Notes: generated from the sequence alone by a model not told the origin. Shown: positions 37,315 through 50,202, numbered from the whole stretch's first letter. The stretch is 63,896 nucleotides of DNA, filler included, from Vicugna vicugna (GCA_013265495.1; 71 parts of 69 records of this genome joined end to end with filler, not necessarily neighbours in it); one strand, 5' to 3'. A program made the numbers and translations.

Positions 37315-38388
37315 CAGATTTCCCCAACAAAGTCACCTTGTAAATGTTTTCTGGTTTGGAAAGTTTGGATTACTGATTTACTCATACACACTTTTGGTGT
37401 ATTTAACTTTCTAATTACTTACTGAATCAGTATTGGAAGACATATGTTTCTGGGAATTTGTCTTTTGCTCTAGGTCATTCAAATCTTTGGCTAGTGTTAA
37501 TTTCTTATGACGCTATGCATCTGTACATCAGTGGTAATATCTTCTCTATTATTTCTAATTTTATTTGAGATTTTATTTTCTTAGCCAACCTAAACGTTTG
37601 TCCACTTTATGTTTAAAAGAAACAGACTTTGTTTTTTTATATTTTCAATTGTTTCTCTTATTATTTGCCTTACTCTCATTGATTAAATTATCTTCTTTAT
37701 TCTTTCTGTTTTCTCCTAGATTCTTGATGTGTAAAGTTAAGTAGTGTGAATCTTTGTATTTCTTTTATTATTAAATATAATATATTTATGTATTTATTTA
37801 TTTATTTACAAGANNNNNNNNNNNNNNNNNNNNNNNNNNNNNNNNNNNNNNNNNNNNNNNNNNNNNNNNNNNNNNNNNNNNNNNNNNNNNNNNNNNNNNN
37901 NNNNNNNNNNNNNNNNNNNNNNNNNNNNNNNNGGATAACATTTTCTACAGCTCCCAAATATATTCTCTCGAAGCCCATTTCTGCAGTAATCTAAAATTGT
38001 TTAGAAGATCGGCAAGTATGTTTCAGTTTTGTAGATGAAAACATAGTGTTCCCTTCCCTATATTTTTTAAAGCTTCTTCATATGTAATGTCATGTGTTAT
38101 ATTTCTTTCTATTTCTGGCTTACTTCAATTAGAATGACACATGTTGGGGACATCCATTTTGCTGCAAATGTCATTGTTTTATCATTTTTTATTGCAGAAT
38201 ATTATTCCATTCTGTAAATATGGCATAATTTCTGTATACTGTCATCTGTTGTTGGACAATTATATACTGTCATGTTGGACAATTATGTTGCTTCCATATT
38301 TTGGCTTTTGTATACTGCACTGCTAAGGACATTGGGTTGCAAGTGTCTTTTTGAAATAGGGTTCCCCTTGATTATACCCAGACCAGAA
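37315..38388 (-). mobile_element. Old LINE-1 fragments (ORF2-derived and 3' UTR), degenerate
   Basis: T-rich strand; TTCTGGCTTACTTCA..CATCCATTTTGCTGCAAATG..GTTGCTTCCATATTTTGGCT are typical of L1 3' ends. Confidence 0.75.
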
Positions 38389-38488
38389 NNNNNNNNNNNN
38401 NNNNNNNNNNNNNNNNNNNNNNNNNNNNNNNNTTAATTAATTAANNNNNNNNNNNNNNNNNNNNNNNNNNNNNNNNNNNNNNNNNNNN

Positions 38489-39687
38489 CTCCTATCACCA
38501 GTTTCAGGAATCAGTCTTTTATCACAGAAAAACGCTCTTGGGGCGAATTCTTCACTATATATATGTAATTTGAATAGATTCCATCAAAATGATATTCCGT
38601 TTTCCGTACATGCTGCAAGCATTACGCATTCGACAAACATGCATTCCTGAGTTGAGAGCATGTGGATTACTGATCTTTCATCCTCTATAAAACGAATATT
38701 TTCATCTAAAAACGTGTCCACATTTTCACAAGTTTTTCCTAACACCAGTTTGAATTCGTGAATATTTCACAGAAAAATTCTTCTGGAGTGATTTCAAACT
38801 AATAGATATGTAATTTACATAAATTTGATCAACATGGCATTCCAGGTTCCGTACATGCTACATGCATGACGAGTCGACAAACATACGTTTCTGAGTTGTG
38901 AGCATGTGGATTACTGACATTTCATCCAACAAACAAGGCATATATACACTAGAAACATTTACTCTGTCTTCATAGGTTTTTTNNNNNNNNNNNNNNNNNN
39001 NNNNNNNNNNNNNNNNNNNNNNNNNNNNNNNNNNNNNNNNNNNNNNNNNNNNNNNNNNNNNNNNNNNNNNNNNNNNNNNNNNNNNNNNNNNNNNNNNNNN
39101 NNNNNNNNNNNNNNNNNNNNNNNNNNNNNNNNNNNNNNNNNNNNNNNNNNNNNNNNNNNNNNNNNNNNNNNNNNNNNNNNNNNNNNNNNNNNNNNNNNNN
39201 CAAGTTTTTCCTAACACCAGTTTCGAATTCTTGCATTTATCACAGAAAAATTCTTCTGGAGCGATTTCCTCCTAATAGATATGTAATTTACATAAATTCG
39301 ATCAACGTGGCATTCCGGGTTCTTTACATGCTACATGCATGACTTATTTGTAAAACATGCGTTTCTGAGTTGTGAGCATGTGGATTACTGACCTTTCTTA
39401 CACCAAACAAGGCATATATACACTTTGAAATATGTACTCACTCTTCATAGATTGTTGCTATCACCAGTTTCTAAAATCAGACATTTTTCACCAAAAAACA
39501 CTCTTTGAACGAATTTTATCCAATACAAATATAATTAACATTGTTTCCATAACCATGACATTCTGTGTTCCGAACATGATTCATGCATCACGGATCCCAC
39601 AAACATGAATATCTGAGTTGTGAACATGTGGATTACTGATGATTCAAACACCAAACAAGGTACTTATGCACTTTGAAATATTTAATT
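38489..39687 (+). repeat. Satellite D
   Basis: GAGCATGTGGATTACTGA repeated at ~245-bp steps. Confidence 0.94.
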
Positions 39688-39787
39688 NNNNNNNNNNNNN
39701 NNNNNNNNNNNNNNNNNNNNNNNNNNNNNNNTTAATTAATTAANNNNNNNNNNNNNNNNNNNNNNNNNNNNNNNNNNNNNNNNNNNN

Positions 39788-40872
39788 GGTTTGCACTGTA
39801 AATCCGAGTTGGAGCTTGTACCTCCCCATATAAATTTATGGAATGGACTTTGCAAATGTCAAGAAACTTTGTGTTCCCTTCAAGCTAGGTGAAGGACGGC
39901 TTTGACACACAATTATCTCTCAGAACTGAGCATGTGGAGAGACGTTCGTTCATCCATCACAAAGGGAACGTGTTGCAGGAGAAACACTTACTCTGGTTTC
40001 TCAGTCTGTTTCCTAGTGCCGGTTGGTAGTTCCTGCCTTTTGCACTGTAAAACCGAGTTGGAGTTTGTTCCTACCCATATATATGTAAGGACTGGTGTTT
40101 GCAACTCTATAGAAATTTTGTGTTCCCTTCAAGTTTCGTGAATGACGGCTTTAAAACACACTTATCTCTCAGAACTGAGCATGGGTAGAGACGTTCTTCA
40201 TCCAGCACAAAGGGAACGGGTTGCAGGAGAAACCCTTACTCTGGTTTCTCAAACTGTTTCCTAGTGCCGCTTTGAAGTTCCTGCGGTTTGCACTGTAATA
40301 CCGAGTTNNNNNNNNNNNNNNNNNNNNNNNNNNNNNNNNNNNNNNNNNNNNNNNNNNNNNNNNNNNNNNNNNNNNNNNNNNNNNNNNNNNNNNNNNNNNN
40401 NNNNNNNNNNNNNNNNNNNNNNNNNNNNNNNNNNNNNNNNNNNNNNNNNNNNNNNNNNNNNNAATGGAACGGAGAAGAAACACTTACTCTGGATTCTCAG
40501 TCTGTTTCCTAGTGCCGGTTTGAAGTTCCTGAAGTTTGCACTGTAAAACCGAGTTGCAGCTTATACCTCCCTATATATATGTATGGTGCGGGTTTGCAAC
40601 TGAAAGAAACTTTGTGTTCCCTTCAAGCTAGGTGCAGGACGGCTTTCACACACACTTATCTCTCAGAACTGAGCATGTGGAGAGATGTTCGTTCATCCAG
40701 CACAAAAGGGAAACAGTTACTGTGGTTTCTCAGTCTGTTTTCTAGTGCCGGTTTGTAGTTCCTACGGTTTGCACTGTAAAACCCAGTGGGAGTTTGTTCC
40801 TCCCCATATATATGTAAGGACTGGAGAATGCAACTTAATAGAACCTTTTTGTTCCCCTCAAGTTTGGTGAAG
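39788..40872 (+). repeat. Satellite E
   Basis: CCGAGTT at 39804, 40053 and 40301 (249 and 248 bp apart). Confidence 0.95.
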
Positions 40873-40972
40873 NNNNNNNNNNNNNNNNNNNNNNNNNNNN
40901 NNNNNNNNNNNNNNNNTTAATTAATTAANNNNNNNNNNNNNNNNNNNNNNNNNNNNNNNNNNNNNNNNNNNN

Positions 40973-42291
40973 AGGGTTTCTCCGGCAAACCGTTCCCTTT
41001 GTGCTGGATGAACGAACCTCTCTCCGCATGCCCAGTTCTGAGAGATATGTGGGTGTGAAAGCCGTTCTTCACACAGCTTGAAGGGAACACAAAGTTTCTT
41101 TTCAGTTGCAAACTCCACTCCATACTTATATATGGGGAGGTACAAGCTCCAACTCGGNNNNNNNNNNNNNNNNNNNNNNNNNNNNNNNNNNNNNNNNNNN
41201 NNNNNNNNNNNNNNNNNNNNNNNNNNNNNNNNNNNNNNNNNNNNNNNNNNNNNNNNNNNNNNNNNNNNNNNNNNNNNNNNNNNNNNNNNNNNNNNNNNNN
41301 NNNNNNNNNNNNNNNNNNNNNNNNNNNNNNNNNNNNNNNNNNNNNNNNNNNNNNNNNNNNNNNNNNNNNNNNNNNNNNNNNNNNNNNNNNNNNNNNNNNN
41401 NNNNNNNNNNNNNNNNNNNNNNNNNNNNNNNNNNNNNNNNNNNNNNNNNNNCAGAGTAAGGGTTTCTCCTGTAACCCGTTCCCTTTGTGCTGGATGAACG
41501 AACGTTTCTCCACATGCTCAGTTCTGAGAGATAAGTGTGTGTGAAAGCCGTCCTTCAGCTACCTTGAAGGGAATACAAAGTTACTTTTCAGTGGCAAAGT
41601 CCACTCCATACATATATATGAGGAGGTCCAAGCTCCAACTCGGTTTTACAGTGAAAACGGCAGGCACTTCAAACCGGCACTAGGAAACAGACTGAGAAAC
41701 CAGAGTAAGGGTTTCTCCTGCAACCCGTTCCCTTTGTGCTGGATNNNNNNNNNNNNNNNNNNNNNNNNNNNNNNNNNNNNNNNNNNNNNNNNNNNNNNNN
41801 NNNNNNNNNNNNNNNNNNNNNNNNNNNNNNNNNNNNNNNNNNNNNNNNNNNNNNNNNNNNNNNNNNNNNNNNNNNNNNNNNNNNNNNNNNNNNNNNNNNN
41901 NNNNNNNNNNNNNNNNNNNNNNNNNNNNNNNNNNNNNNNNNNNNNNNNNNNNNNNNNNNNNNNNNNNNNNNNNNNNNNNNNNNNNNNNNNNNNNNNNNNN
42001 NNNNNNNNNNNNNNNNNNNNNNNNNNNNNNNNNNNNNNNNNNNNNNNNNNNNNNNNNNNNNNNNNNNNNNNNNNNNNNNNNNNNNNNNNNNNNNNNNNNN
42101 NNNNNNNNNNNNNNNNNNNNNNCAAGCTCCAACTCGGTTTTACAGTGAAAACGGCAGGCAATTCAAACCGGCACTAGGAAACAGACTGAAAAACCAGAGT
42201 AAGGGTTTCTCCTGCAACCCGTTCCCTTTGTGCTAGATTAAGGAATTTCTCTCAACATGCCCAGTTCTGAGAGATAAGTGGGTGTGAAAGC
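40973..42291 (-). repeat. Satellite E (gapped)
   Basis: CAGAGTAAGGGTTTCTCCTG at 41452 and 41701. Confidence 0.95.
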
Positions 42292-42391
42292 NNNNNNNNN
42301 NNNNNNNNNNNNNNNNNNNNNNNNNNNNNNNNNNNTTAATTAATTAANNNNNNNNNNNNNNNNNNNNNNNNNNNNNNNNNNNNNNNNNNNN

Positions 42392-43632
42392 CTCTTCACT
42401 CACAGGTGTTCCCTGTTCGGGGAAGTCAGAGAAAAATCTTCCGTGTATTTGGGGAGGCAGCCTCTGTCACTGGAATATCCTGCAAACCCCCTAGCATTCC
42501 CTGGCACAGACACATTAGGAATACCATCAGGGGAGACGAGCTTAGGCATTCCGTTAGAACCCACGTGCTGCCGACCGTTGGTGGAACCTCCCCACGCTCA
42601 GGATTCCGGAACCATTGTCAGTGCGTGGGGGAGCTCGAGAGACAACTCCACGCAGCTCTCTTCACTCACAGGTGTTCCCTGTTAGGGGAAGTCCGAGAAA
42701 AACCTTCCCTTACTTTGGGGAGGCAGCCTCAGACACTGGGATATCCAGCAATCACCTCTAGCATTCCCTGGCACAGACACATTAGGAATACCATCAGGGG
42801 AGACGAGCTTAGGCATTTCGTTAGAACCCACGCGCTGCCGACCGTTGGTGGAACCTCCCCACGCTCAGGATTCCGGAACCATTGTCAGTGCGTGGGGGAG
42901 CTCGAGAGACAACTCCACGCANNNNNNNNNNNNNNNNNNNNNNNNNNNNNNNNNNNNNNNNNNNNNNNNNNNNNNNNNNNNNNNNNNNNNNNNNNNNNNN
43001 NNNNNNNNNNNNNNNNNNNNNNNNNNNNNNNNNNNNNNNNNNNNNNNNNNNNNNNNNNNNNNNNNNNNNNNNNNNNNNNNNNNNNNNNNNNNNNNNNNNN
43101 NNNNNNNNNNNNNNNNNNNNNNNNNNNNNNNNNNNNNNNNNNNNNNNNNNNNNNNNNNNNNNNNNNNNNNNNNNNNNNNNNNNNNNNNNNNNNNNNNNNN
43201 NNNNNNNNNNNNNNNNNNNNNNNNNNNNNNNNNNNNNNNNNNNNNNNNNNNNNNNNNNNNNNNNNNNNNNNNNNNNNNNNNNNNNNNNNNNNNNNNNNNN
43301 NNNNNNNNNNNNNNNNNNNNNNNNNNNNNNNNNNNNNNNNNNNNNNNNNNNNNNNNNNNNNNNNNNNNNNNNNNNNNNNNNNNNNNNNNNNNNNNTGTCA
43401 GTGCGTGGGGGAGCTCGAGAGACAACTCCACGCAGCTCTCTTCAGTCACAGGTGTTCCCTGTTCGGGGAAGTCCGAGAAATAACTTCCCTGACCTTGGGG
43501 AGGCAGCCTCTCTCACTGGGATATCCTGCAAACCCCCCTAGCATTCACTGGCACAGATATATTAGGAAATCCCTCTGGGGAGACGAGCTTAAGCTTTCCG
43601 TTAGACCCAACGCGCTGCCGACCGTTGGTGGA
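42392..43632 (+). repeat. Satellite A (gapped)
   Basis: CTCTTCACTCACAGGTGTTCC at 42392 and 42658. Confidence 0.96.
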
Positions 43633-44281
43633 NNNNNNNNNNNNNNNNNNNNNNNNNNNNNNNNNNNNNNNNNNNNTTAATTAATTAANNNNNNNNNNNN
43701 NNNNNNNNNNNNNNNNNNNNNNNNNNNNNNNNACTCTACATCCCATATCAAGTGTTAAAATTATCCAATAGCCTATTACTACAGAACATACTCTTCAAAC
43801 CTGAGGTTTCTCCGGGTTTGGATCCCAGAACTCTGCTACCAGATAATCCTAGAGCCTTCCGTCCATAACTGACTCTTCTGCCAATTCCCAGCTGCAGGCA
43901 AATTCGGCTTCTCAGACCAGGTAACTTTCTAACTCTGCCTACGAACACTCTGCTGCCAGTGAAGGAACTCTCAGACCGAAAGCACACAATGCCCCTAGTG
44001 AGGGTTGCCTCCTTCAAATCAAGATGCCATCACCAAGCAAATATTTAAAGCTACTGTAAAACTTCTGAAGACAGCTTGCAAACAATATAGTTTCTATGGA
44101 TGCATACTATTTGCTCTGGAATTGTGATTTCCAATTGAGGGAACATAGGACCCCATGACCCAAGCAATTTTTTAAAACTGCNNNNNNNNNNNNNNNNNNN
44201 NNNNNNNNNNNNNNNNNNNNNNNNNTTAATTAATTAANNNNNNNNNNNNNNNNNNNNNNNNNNNNNNNNNNNNNNNNNNNN

Positions 44282-44926
44282 AAAGCTATGTGGCTTGGGT
44301 GCGGGGACACGTACAGGAGCTGGTTCTGGAGCCAGGCCCCTCCCCACATCTGCTCCTCTCTCTTGCGTGGCCCCGCTGCCAACAACTCAGGTTCCGTGAT
44401 CTTATGTCCTACTCTTCTACTCTACTCCAAACCTTTTTCCTTTTCCTTTTTTCCCTAATTATCCCCAACTGGAGTGATTTTTCAATCGCAGTATCTGAAA
44501 AAAATTCCTGAAGCCGAAAAAGTGTTCTCCAGAGGTCAATGCCCATATGCTGGTTCCTGGAGAGAGTCCATGGCAAGGGGGACCCTCACCAACACTCACG
44601 GGGCTTCAGACATGTTGCAGGGTCGGCCACCCCCAACAAGAGTTTGCTGTGACCCCAATGCCCGCACAACATCCCTGCTCACAAAAATATTGTTGGCCCA
44701 CTCATCCGTTATTAAGAAGCAAAAATACAAAATTGCTCCTGTTTCTTACTAAAATTATCTATGAAGCTAAAAAGGGAATTGAAATAAAAAAGAAAAATTT
44801 TGACCCTATGTTAGATCTGTTCCTTTGGCTTTAAACCTGTGCCCTGTTTTCTAGGCTCAAACTTGGTAGCTCTGCACAATTTGTAAAAGAAAGTTGCCTT
44901 TAGACTGGAATCTACAGGAAAGCCTA
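44282..44926 (+). mobile_element. Possible ERV1-class 5' internal (leader/gag-like) remnant
   Basis: General resemblance to degenerate ERV leader-gag regions; no intact motif. Confidence 0.3.
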
Positions 44927-45900
44927 NNNNNNNNNNNNNNNNNNNNNNNNNNNNNNNNNNNNNNNNNNNNNNNNNNNNNNNNNNNNNNNNNNNNNNNNNN
45001 NNNNNNNNNNNNNNNNNNNNNNNNNNNNNNNNNNNNNNNNNNNNNNNNNNNNNNNNNNNNNNNNNNNNNNNNNNNNNNNNNNNNNNNNNNNNNNNNNNNN
45101 NNNNNNNNNNNNNNNNNNNNNNNNNNNNNNNNNNNNNNNNNNNNNNNNNNNNNNNNNNNNNNNNNNNNNNNNNNNNNNNNNNNNNNNNNNNNNNNNNNNN
45201 NNNNNNNNNNNNNNNNNNNNNNNNNNNNNNNNNNNNNNNNNNNNNNNNNNNNNNNNNNNNNNNNNNNNNNNNNNNNNNNNNNNNNNNNNNNNNNNNNNNN
45301 NNNNNNNNNNNNNNNNNNNNNNNNNNNNNNNNNNNNNNNNNNNNNNNNNNNNNNNNNNNNNNNNNNNNNNNNNNNNNNNNNNNNNNNNNNNNNNNNNNNN
45401 NNNNNNNNNNNNNNNNNNNNNNNNNNNNNNNNNNNNNNNNNNNNNNNNNNNNNNNNNNNNNNNNNNNNNNNNNNNNNNNNNNNNNNNNNNNNNNNNNNNN
45501 NNNNNNNNNNNNNNNNAACGGAAAAACCTAACATAGGGAGTTGATTCCATGGAAATAAAATTATTTCTACTCCTTCAATAATTTTTCTTTTCTTTTCTAT
45601 TTTATATTGTTTTGCTTATTGAAAGGAAAATAAAAGTCAAACCATTTTATTTCACATATTTTTGTTATAGCTACATTCCTTAAATACTACAAAGAGATTT
45701 AAATTGCAAAAAAATTGCCTATATATTAGTATAAAGTTATATACACAATCAATGAGGATTAGAAAAGGAATGAACATTTACTAAAAATCCACTGCAATCC
45801 NNNNNNNNNNNNNNNNNNNNNNNNNNNNNNNNNNNNNNNNNNNNTTAATTAATTAANNNNNNNNNNNNNNNNNNNNNNNNNNNNNNNNNNNNNNNNNNNN

Positions 45901-46853
45901 AACATCCGTTTCTGAGTTCTGAGCATGTGGATTACTGACCTTTCAACCACCAAGGAAGGCATATATAATCTTTGAAATATTTACTCTGACTTCATAGTTT
46001 TTTCTATCACCAGGTTCTAAAATCGGACATTTGGCACCAGAAAACGCTCTTTGAGCGAATTTTCACCATTACACATGTAATTTACATTGTTAACATAACC
46101 ATGGCATTCCGTATTCCGAACATGTTTCATGCATCATGGATTCCTCAAACATGCATTTCTGAGCTGTGAAAATGCGCATGACAGATGTATCAACCATCAA
46201 AAAAGTTACCTCTGCACTTTGAAATATTTACTTAGACTTCGTTGCTTCTTCCTTTCACCAGTTTCAAGAATCACACTTTGATCCCCGAAAAACCCTCTTG
46301 AAGCGAAATCTACCCTAGAGATATGTAATTTAAATAGATTCCATCTAAATGATATTCAGTGTTCCGTACATGCTACATGCATGACGGATTCGACAAACAT
46401 GCATTCCTGAGTTGAGAACATATGGATTACTGATCTTTCATCCTCTATAAAAACAATATTTTCATCTAGACACGTGTACACATTTTCACAATCTTTTCCT
46501 AACACCAGTTTCGAACTCGTGCATTTTTCTCAGAAAAATACTTCTGGAGCGATTTCCACCAAACAGATATGTAATTTACATGAATTCCATCAACATGGCT
46601 TTCTGGGTTCCGTACATGCTACATGCATGACGGATTCGGCAAACATGGGTTTCTGAGATCTCAGCATGTGGATTACTGACCTTTCATCCACCAAACAAGG
46701 CATATATACACTTAGAAATATTTACTCTGACTTCATGGGTTTTTTCTGTCACCAGGTAGTAAAATCAGACATTTGGTAGTAGAAAACACTCTTTGAGCGG
46801 ATTCTAAATCCAATACACATGTAATTTACATTGTTTACATAACCATGGCATTC
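45901..46853 (+). repeat. Satellite D, more than one full 741-bp trimer
   Basis: AGCATGTGGATTACTGACCTTTC at 45922 and 46663; diverged subunit equivalents at ~46170 and ~46418. Confidence 0.96.
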
Positions 46854-46953
46854 NNNNNNNNNNNNNNNNNNNNNNNNNNNNNNNNNNNNNNNNNNNNTTA
46901 ATTAATTAANNNNNNNNNNNNNNNNNNNNNNNNNNNNNNNNNNNNNNNNNNNN

Positions 46954-47164
46954 TGGCGTCCCCTCCCCCTCTCCCGCCCGCGAGTCCTCTCTTCCCTGCC
47001 TGCCTGTCCTTGGCCGCCTGCCCGACCCCGCCCCTGGGCGGGCTGCGTCACGGGCGCGCGGGGTGTGCTCACGCAGACGGGGCTGGGGCTGGGGCTGGGG
47101 CTGGCCTCCGAGCGGAGATACAGCCCGCGTTTCCAACCCCCCCCCCGGCCTTCCCTGCCCCGCG
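46954..47164. promoter_or_regulatory. CpG-island fragment with a (GGGGCT)4 tract and GC boxes
   Basis: Very high GC, dense CpG, CCCCGCCCC, and GGGGCT x4 at 47079-47102. Confidence 0.5.
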
Positions 47165-48392
47165 NNNNNNNNNNNNNNNNNNNNNNNNNNNNNNNNNNNN
47201 NNNNNNNNNNNNNNNNNNNNNNNNNNNNNNNNNNNNNNNNNNNNNNNNNNNNNNNNNNNNNNNNNNNNNNNNNNNNNNNNNNNNNNNNNNNNNNNNNNNN
47301 NNNNNNNNNNNNGGTGTTATGAGGCCTTGTTGATGTCACGTGTTTTTATAGTGAAAAGGATTACAGTGGTGAAAGCAGGGCTTAGTTCAGTTAAAAATGA
47401 GCTGAAGGCATGAGGCTGTGTCATCCTCCTTCCCTTCCTCTCCCAGGGTGAAACTTGTGACCGTCGATTTAAAAAAGATAGTTACATTCCCTAANNNNNN
47501 NNNNNNNNNNNNNNNNNNNNNNNNNNNNNNNNNNNNNNTTAATTAATTAANNNNNNNNNNNNNNNNNNNNNNNNNNNNNNNNNNNNNNNNNNNNTTGAGT
47601 CTAAAGTCCATCGTGGGACAGATGGCCCATAGTTCTCTTTGCCCCAGATTGCCCCCTCCTCCCCAGCCCTCTTCATCAGTCCAGGATGAAGTTCCATAGT
47701 AGATTTACACAGAGGTCTTGTGGAAATGGCTTTTCATTTTATTGTTTCACCAAGGAGGGCTGCCTTCATGATCTCTGTTGTCAGGTTTTGAAGGGCTGCC
47801 ATCATGATGTCTGGTCAGATGAAGGCTATGCAATTGGGAGTTTCTATTTAATAAAAAGTAAAAAATTACAAATAGAAAGTTAGAACAAGGGTGGTGACGG
47901 GGCTCTTGGATGTGGGCAGTGTTAGCTTTCTTAGCTTCAGGTGCAGTGTCCTATTGCCATGAGGACCCATCCTTGTGCTCTGGAGTTGGAGTTACCAGTG
48001 GGTTCAGTGGGAATATTAACTGAGTGTATCTCATGGGNNNNNNNNNNNNNNNNNNNNNNNNNNNNNNNNNNNNNNNNNNNNTTAATTAATTAANNNNNNN
48101 NNNNNNNNNNNNNNNNNNNNNNNNNNNNNNNNNNNNNGGGGCCTGTCATGTCCGCACCACGGGTCCCAGGTGGCGGGCTGGGCTGTGGCCAGCCAGGCAG
48201 GGCCCTGCCGCCAGAGTCGAAGCCCGTGCCCTCTGGCTGTGTCTCTTCCCTCCCGGGTGGCTGGCTCAGCTGACCGAGGACCCAGTCTGATATGGCAGCA
48301 GAGGGTCGAGCGGACAGAAGCGGCAGTGGTCCTGGCCGGGCAGGGCTCTGAGACCTCCGGGCCCGGCCCGCTGCCACTCACTGTCATTGCAG

Positions 48393-48488
48393 AGCCGGAC
48401 ACTGCAGGAGCCGCTGGATCAGGACACCCACGCCTCCTCCCCGAGCCAGGGGCCGCTGCACGCTTCTCAGGGCCAGCACAAGCTCCGG
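48393..48488 (+). CDS. Candidate 96-bp symmetric exon (EPDTAGAAGSGHPRLLPEPGAAARFSGPAQAP); gene unidentified
   Basis: Branch-like CTCAC plus CATTGCAG| acceptor, CGG|GTGAGT donor, length divisible by 3, open frames. Confidence 0.35.
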
Positions 48489-48817
48489 GTGAGTCTGCAC
48501 ATGGAGGGGTCCCCGCCACCACAACGGCCTCCTCCCCAGAAACCGCCCAGGCGTCACGCCAGGGTCCTGCCCGCGGCTGACAGGCAGCTCAGCAGACCCG
48601 GCTCTGACCTGGAGCAGCTCCCTGGGAGTCCGGTGGAAGACCAGGAGCCCACCGAGGCACAGCCCACGGTGTACATGCGGAGGCGAGGGAGGGCCGAGGG
48701 CTGGGCCACACAGGGAGNNNNNNNNNNNNNNNNNNNNNNNNNNNNNNNNNNNNNNNNNNNNTTAATTAATTAANNNNNNNNNNNNNNNNNNNNNNNNNNN
48801 NNNNNNNNNNNNNNNNN

Positions 48818-49582
48818 GGTCAGGGAATTTATTTCTCGGACTTCCCCGAACAGGGAACCCCTCTGACTGAATAGAGATGTGTGGAGTTGTCTCTCGGGCT
48901 CCCCCACTCAATGACAATAGTTCCGGAATCTTGAGCGTGGGGAGGTTCCACCAACGGTCGGCAGCGCGTGGGTTCTAACGGAATGCATGTGCTCGTCTCC
49001 CCAGAGGGTTTTCCACATGTCTCTGTGCCAGGGAATGTTAGGGGCGGTTGCAGGAAATCCCAGTGTAAGAGGATGCCTCCCCAAGGTCAGGGAATGTTTT
49101 TCTCGGACTTCCCCGAGCAGGGAACACCTGTGACTGAAGAGAGCTGCCTGGAGTTGTCTCTCTAGCTCCCCAACTCAATGACAATGGTTCCGGAATACTG
49201 AGCGTGGGGAGGTTCCAGCAACGGTCGGCAGCGCGTGGGTTCTAACGGAATGCTTGTGCTCGTCTCCCCTGATGGTTTTCCTCATTTCTCTGTTCCAGGG
49301 AATGCTAGGGAGGGTTGCAGGAAATCCCAGTGGCAGAGGCTGCATCCCCAAGGTCAGGGAAGGTATTTCTCGGACACGAGAAGGGAACACCTGTGACTCA
49401 AGAGAGCTGCGTGGAGTTGTCTCTGGAGCTCCCCAACTCAATGACAATGCTTTCGGAATCCTGAGCGTGGGGAAGTTCCACCAACGGGCGGTAGCGCGTG
49501 TGTTCTAAGGGAATGCCTGTGCTCGTCTCCTCTCAGATTTTTCCTCATGTCTCTGTGCCAGGGAATGCTAGGGGGGTTGCAG
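48818..49582 (-). repeat. Satellite A, subfamily 2
   Basis: About three units with ACTCAATGACAAT and GTGCTCGTCTCC. Confidence 0.95.
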
Positions 49583-49682
49583 NNNNNNNNNNNNNNNNNN
49601 NNNNNNNNNNNNNNNNNNNNNNNNNNTTAATTAATTAANNNNNNNNNNNNNNNNNNNNNNNNNNNNNNNNNNNNNNNNNNNN

Positions 49683-50202
49683 CCTCAAACATGCATTTCT
49701 GAATTGTGAACATGCGCATGACTCATAATTCAACCAGCAAACAATTTACCTATGCACTTTGAAATATTTGCTTTGACTTCGTATTTTCTTCCTATCACCA
49801 GTTTCAAGAATCACACTTTGATCCCAGAAAAACCCTCTTGGCACGAATCCTACCCTAGAGATATGTAATTTGAATAGATTCCATCCAGAAGATATTCCGT
49901 GTTCCGTAAATGCTACATGCATGACTGATTCGACAAACATGCATTCCTGAGTTGAGAGCATGTGGATTGCTGTTTTCTTCCTCTATAATAGGAATATTTT
50001 CAGCAGGCACGTGTACACATTTTCACAATCTTTCCCTAACACCAGTTTCGAATTCGTGCATTTTTCACAGAAAAATACTTCATTTTCACAGAACTTCTGA
50101 AGCGATTTCCAATTAACAGATATGTAATTTACATGGATTCCGTCAACATGGCACTGTGGGATCCGTTCATGCTTCATGCATGACGTATTCGGCAAACATG
50201 CG
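49683..50202 (+). repeat. Satellite D
   Basis: D motifs; small internal duplication of TTTTCACAGAA. Confidence 0.93.

Noticed and set aside
43461..43478. CENP-B box in satellite A (GTTCGGGGAAGTCCGAG)
   Set aside because: It matches only 7 of the 9 essential positions of NTTCGNNNNANNCGGGN, and the CGGG half is broken.
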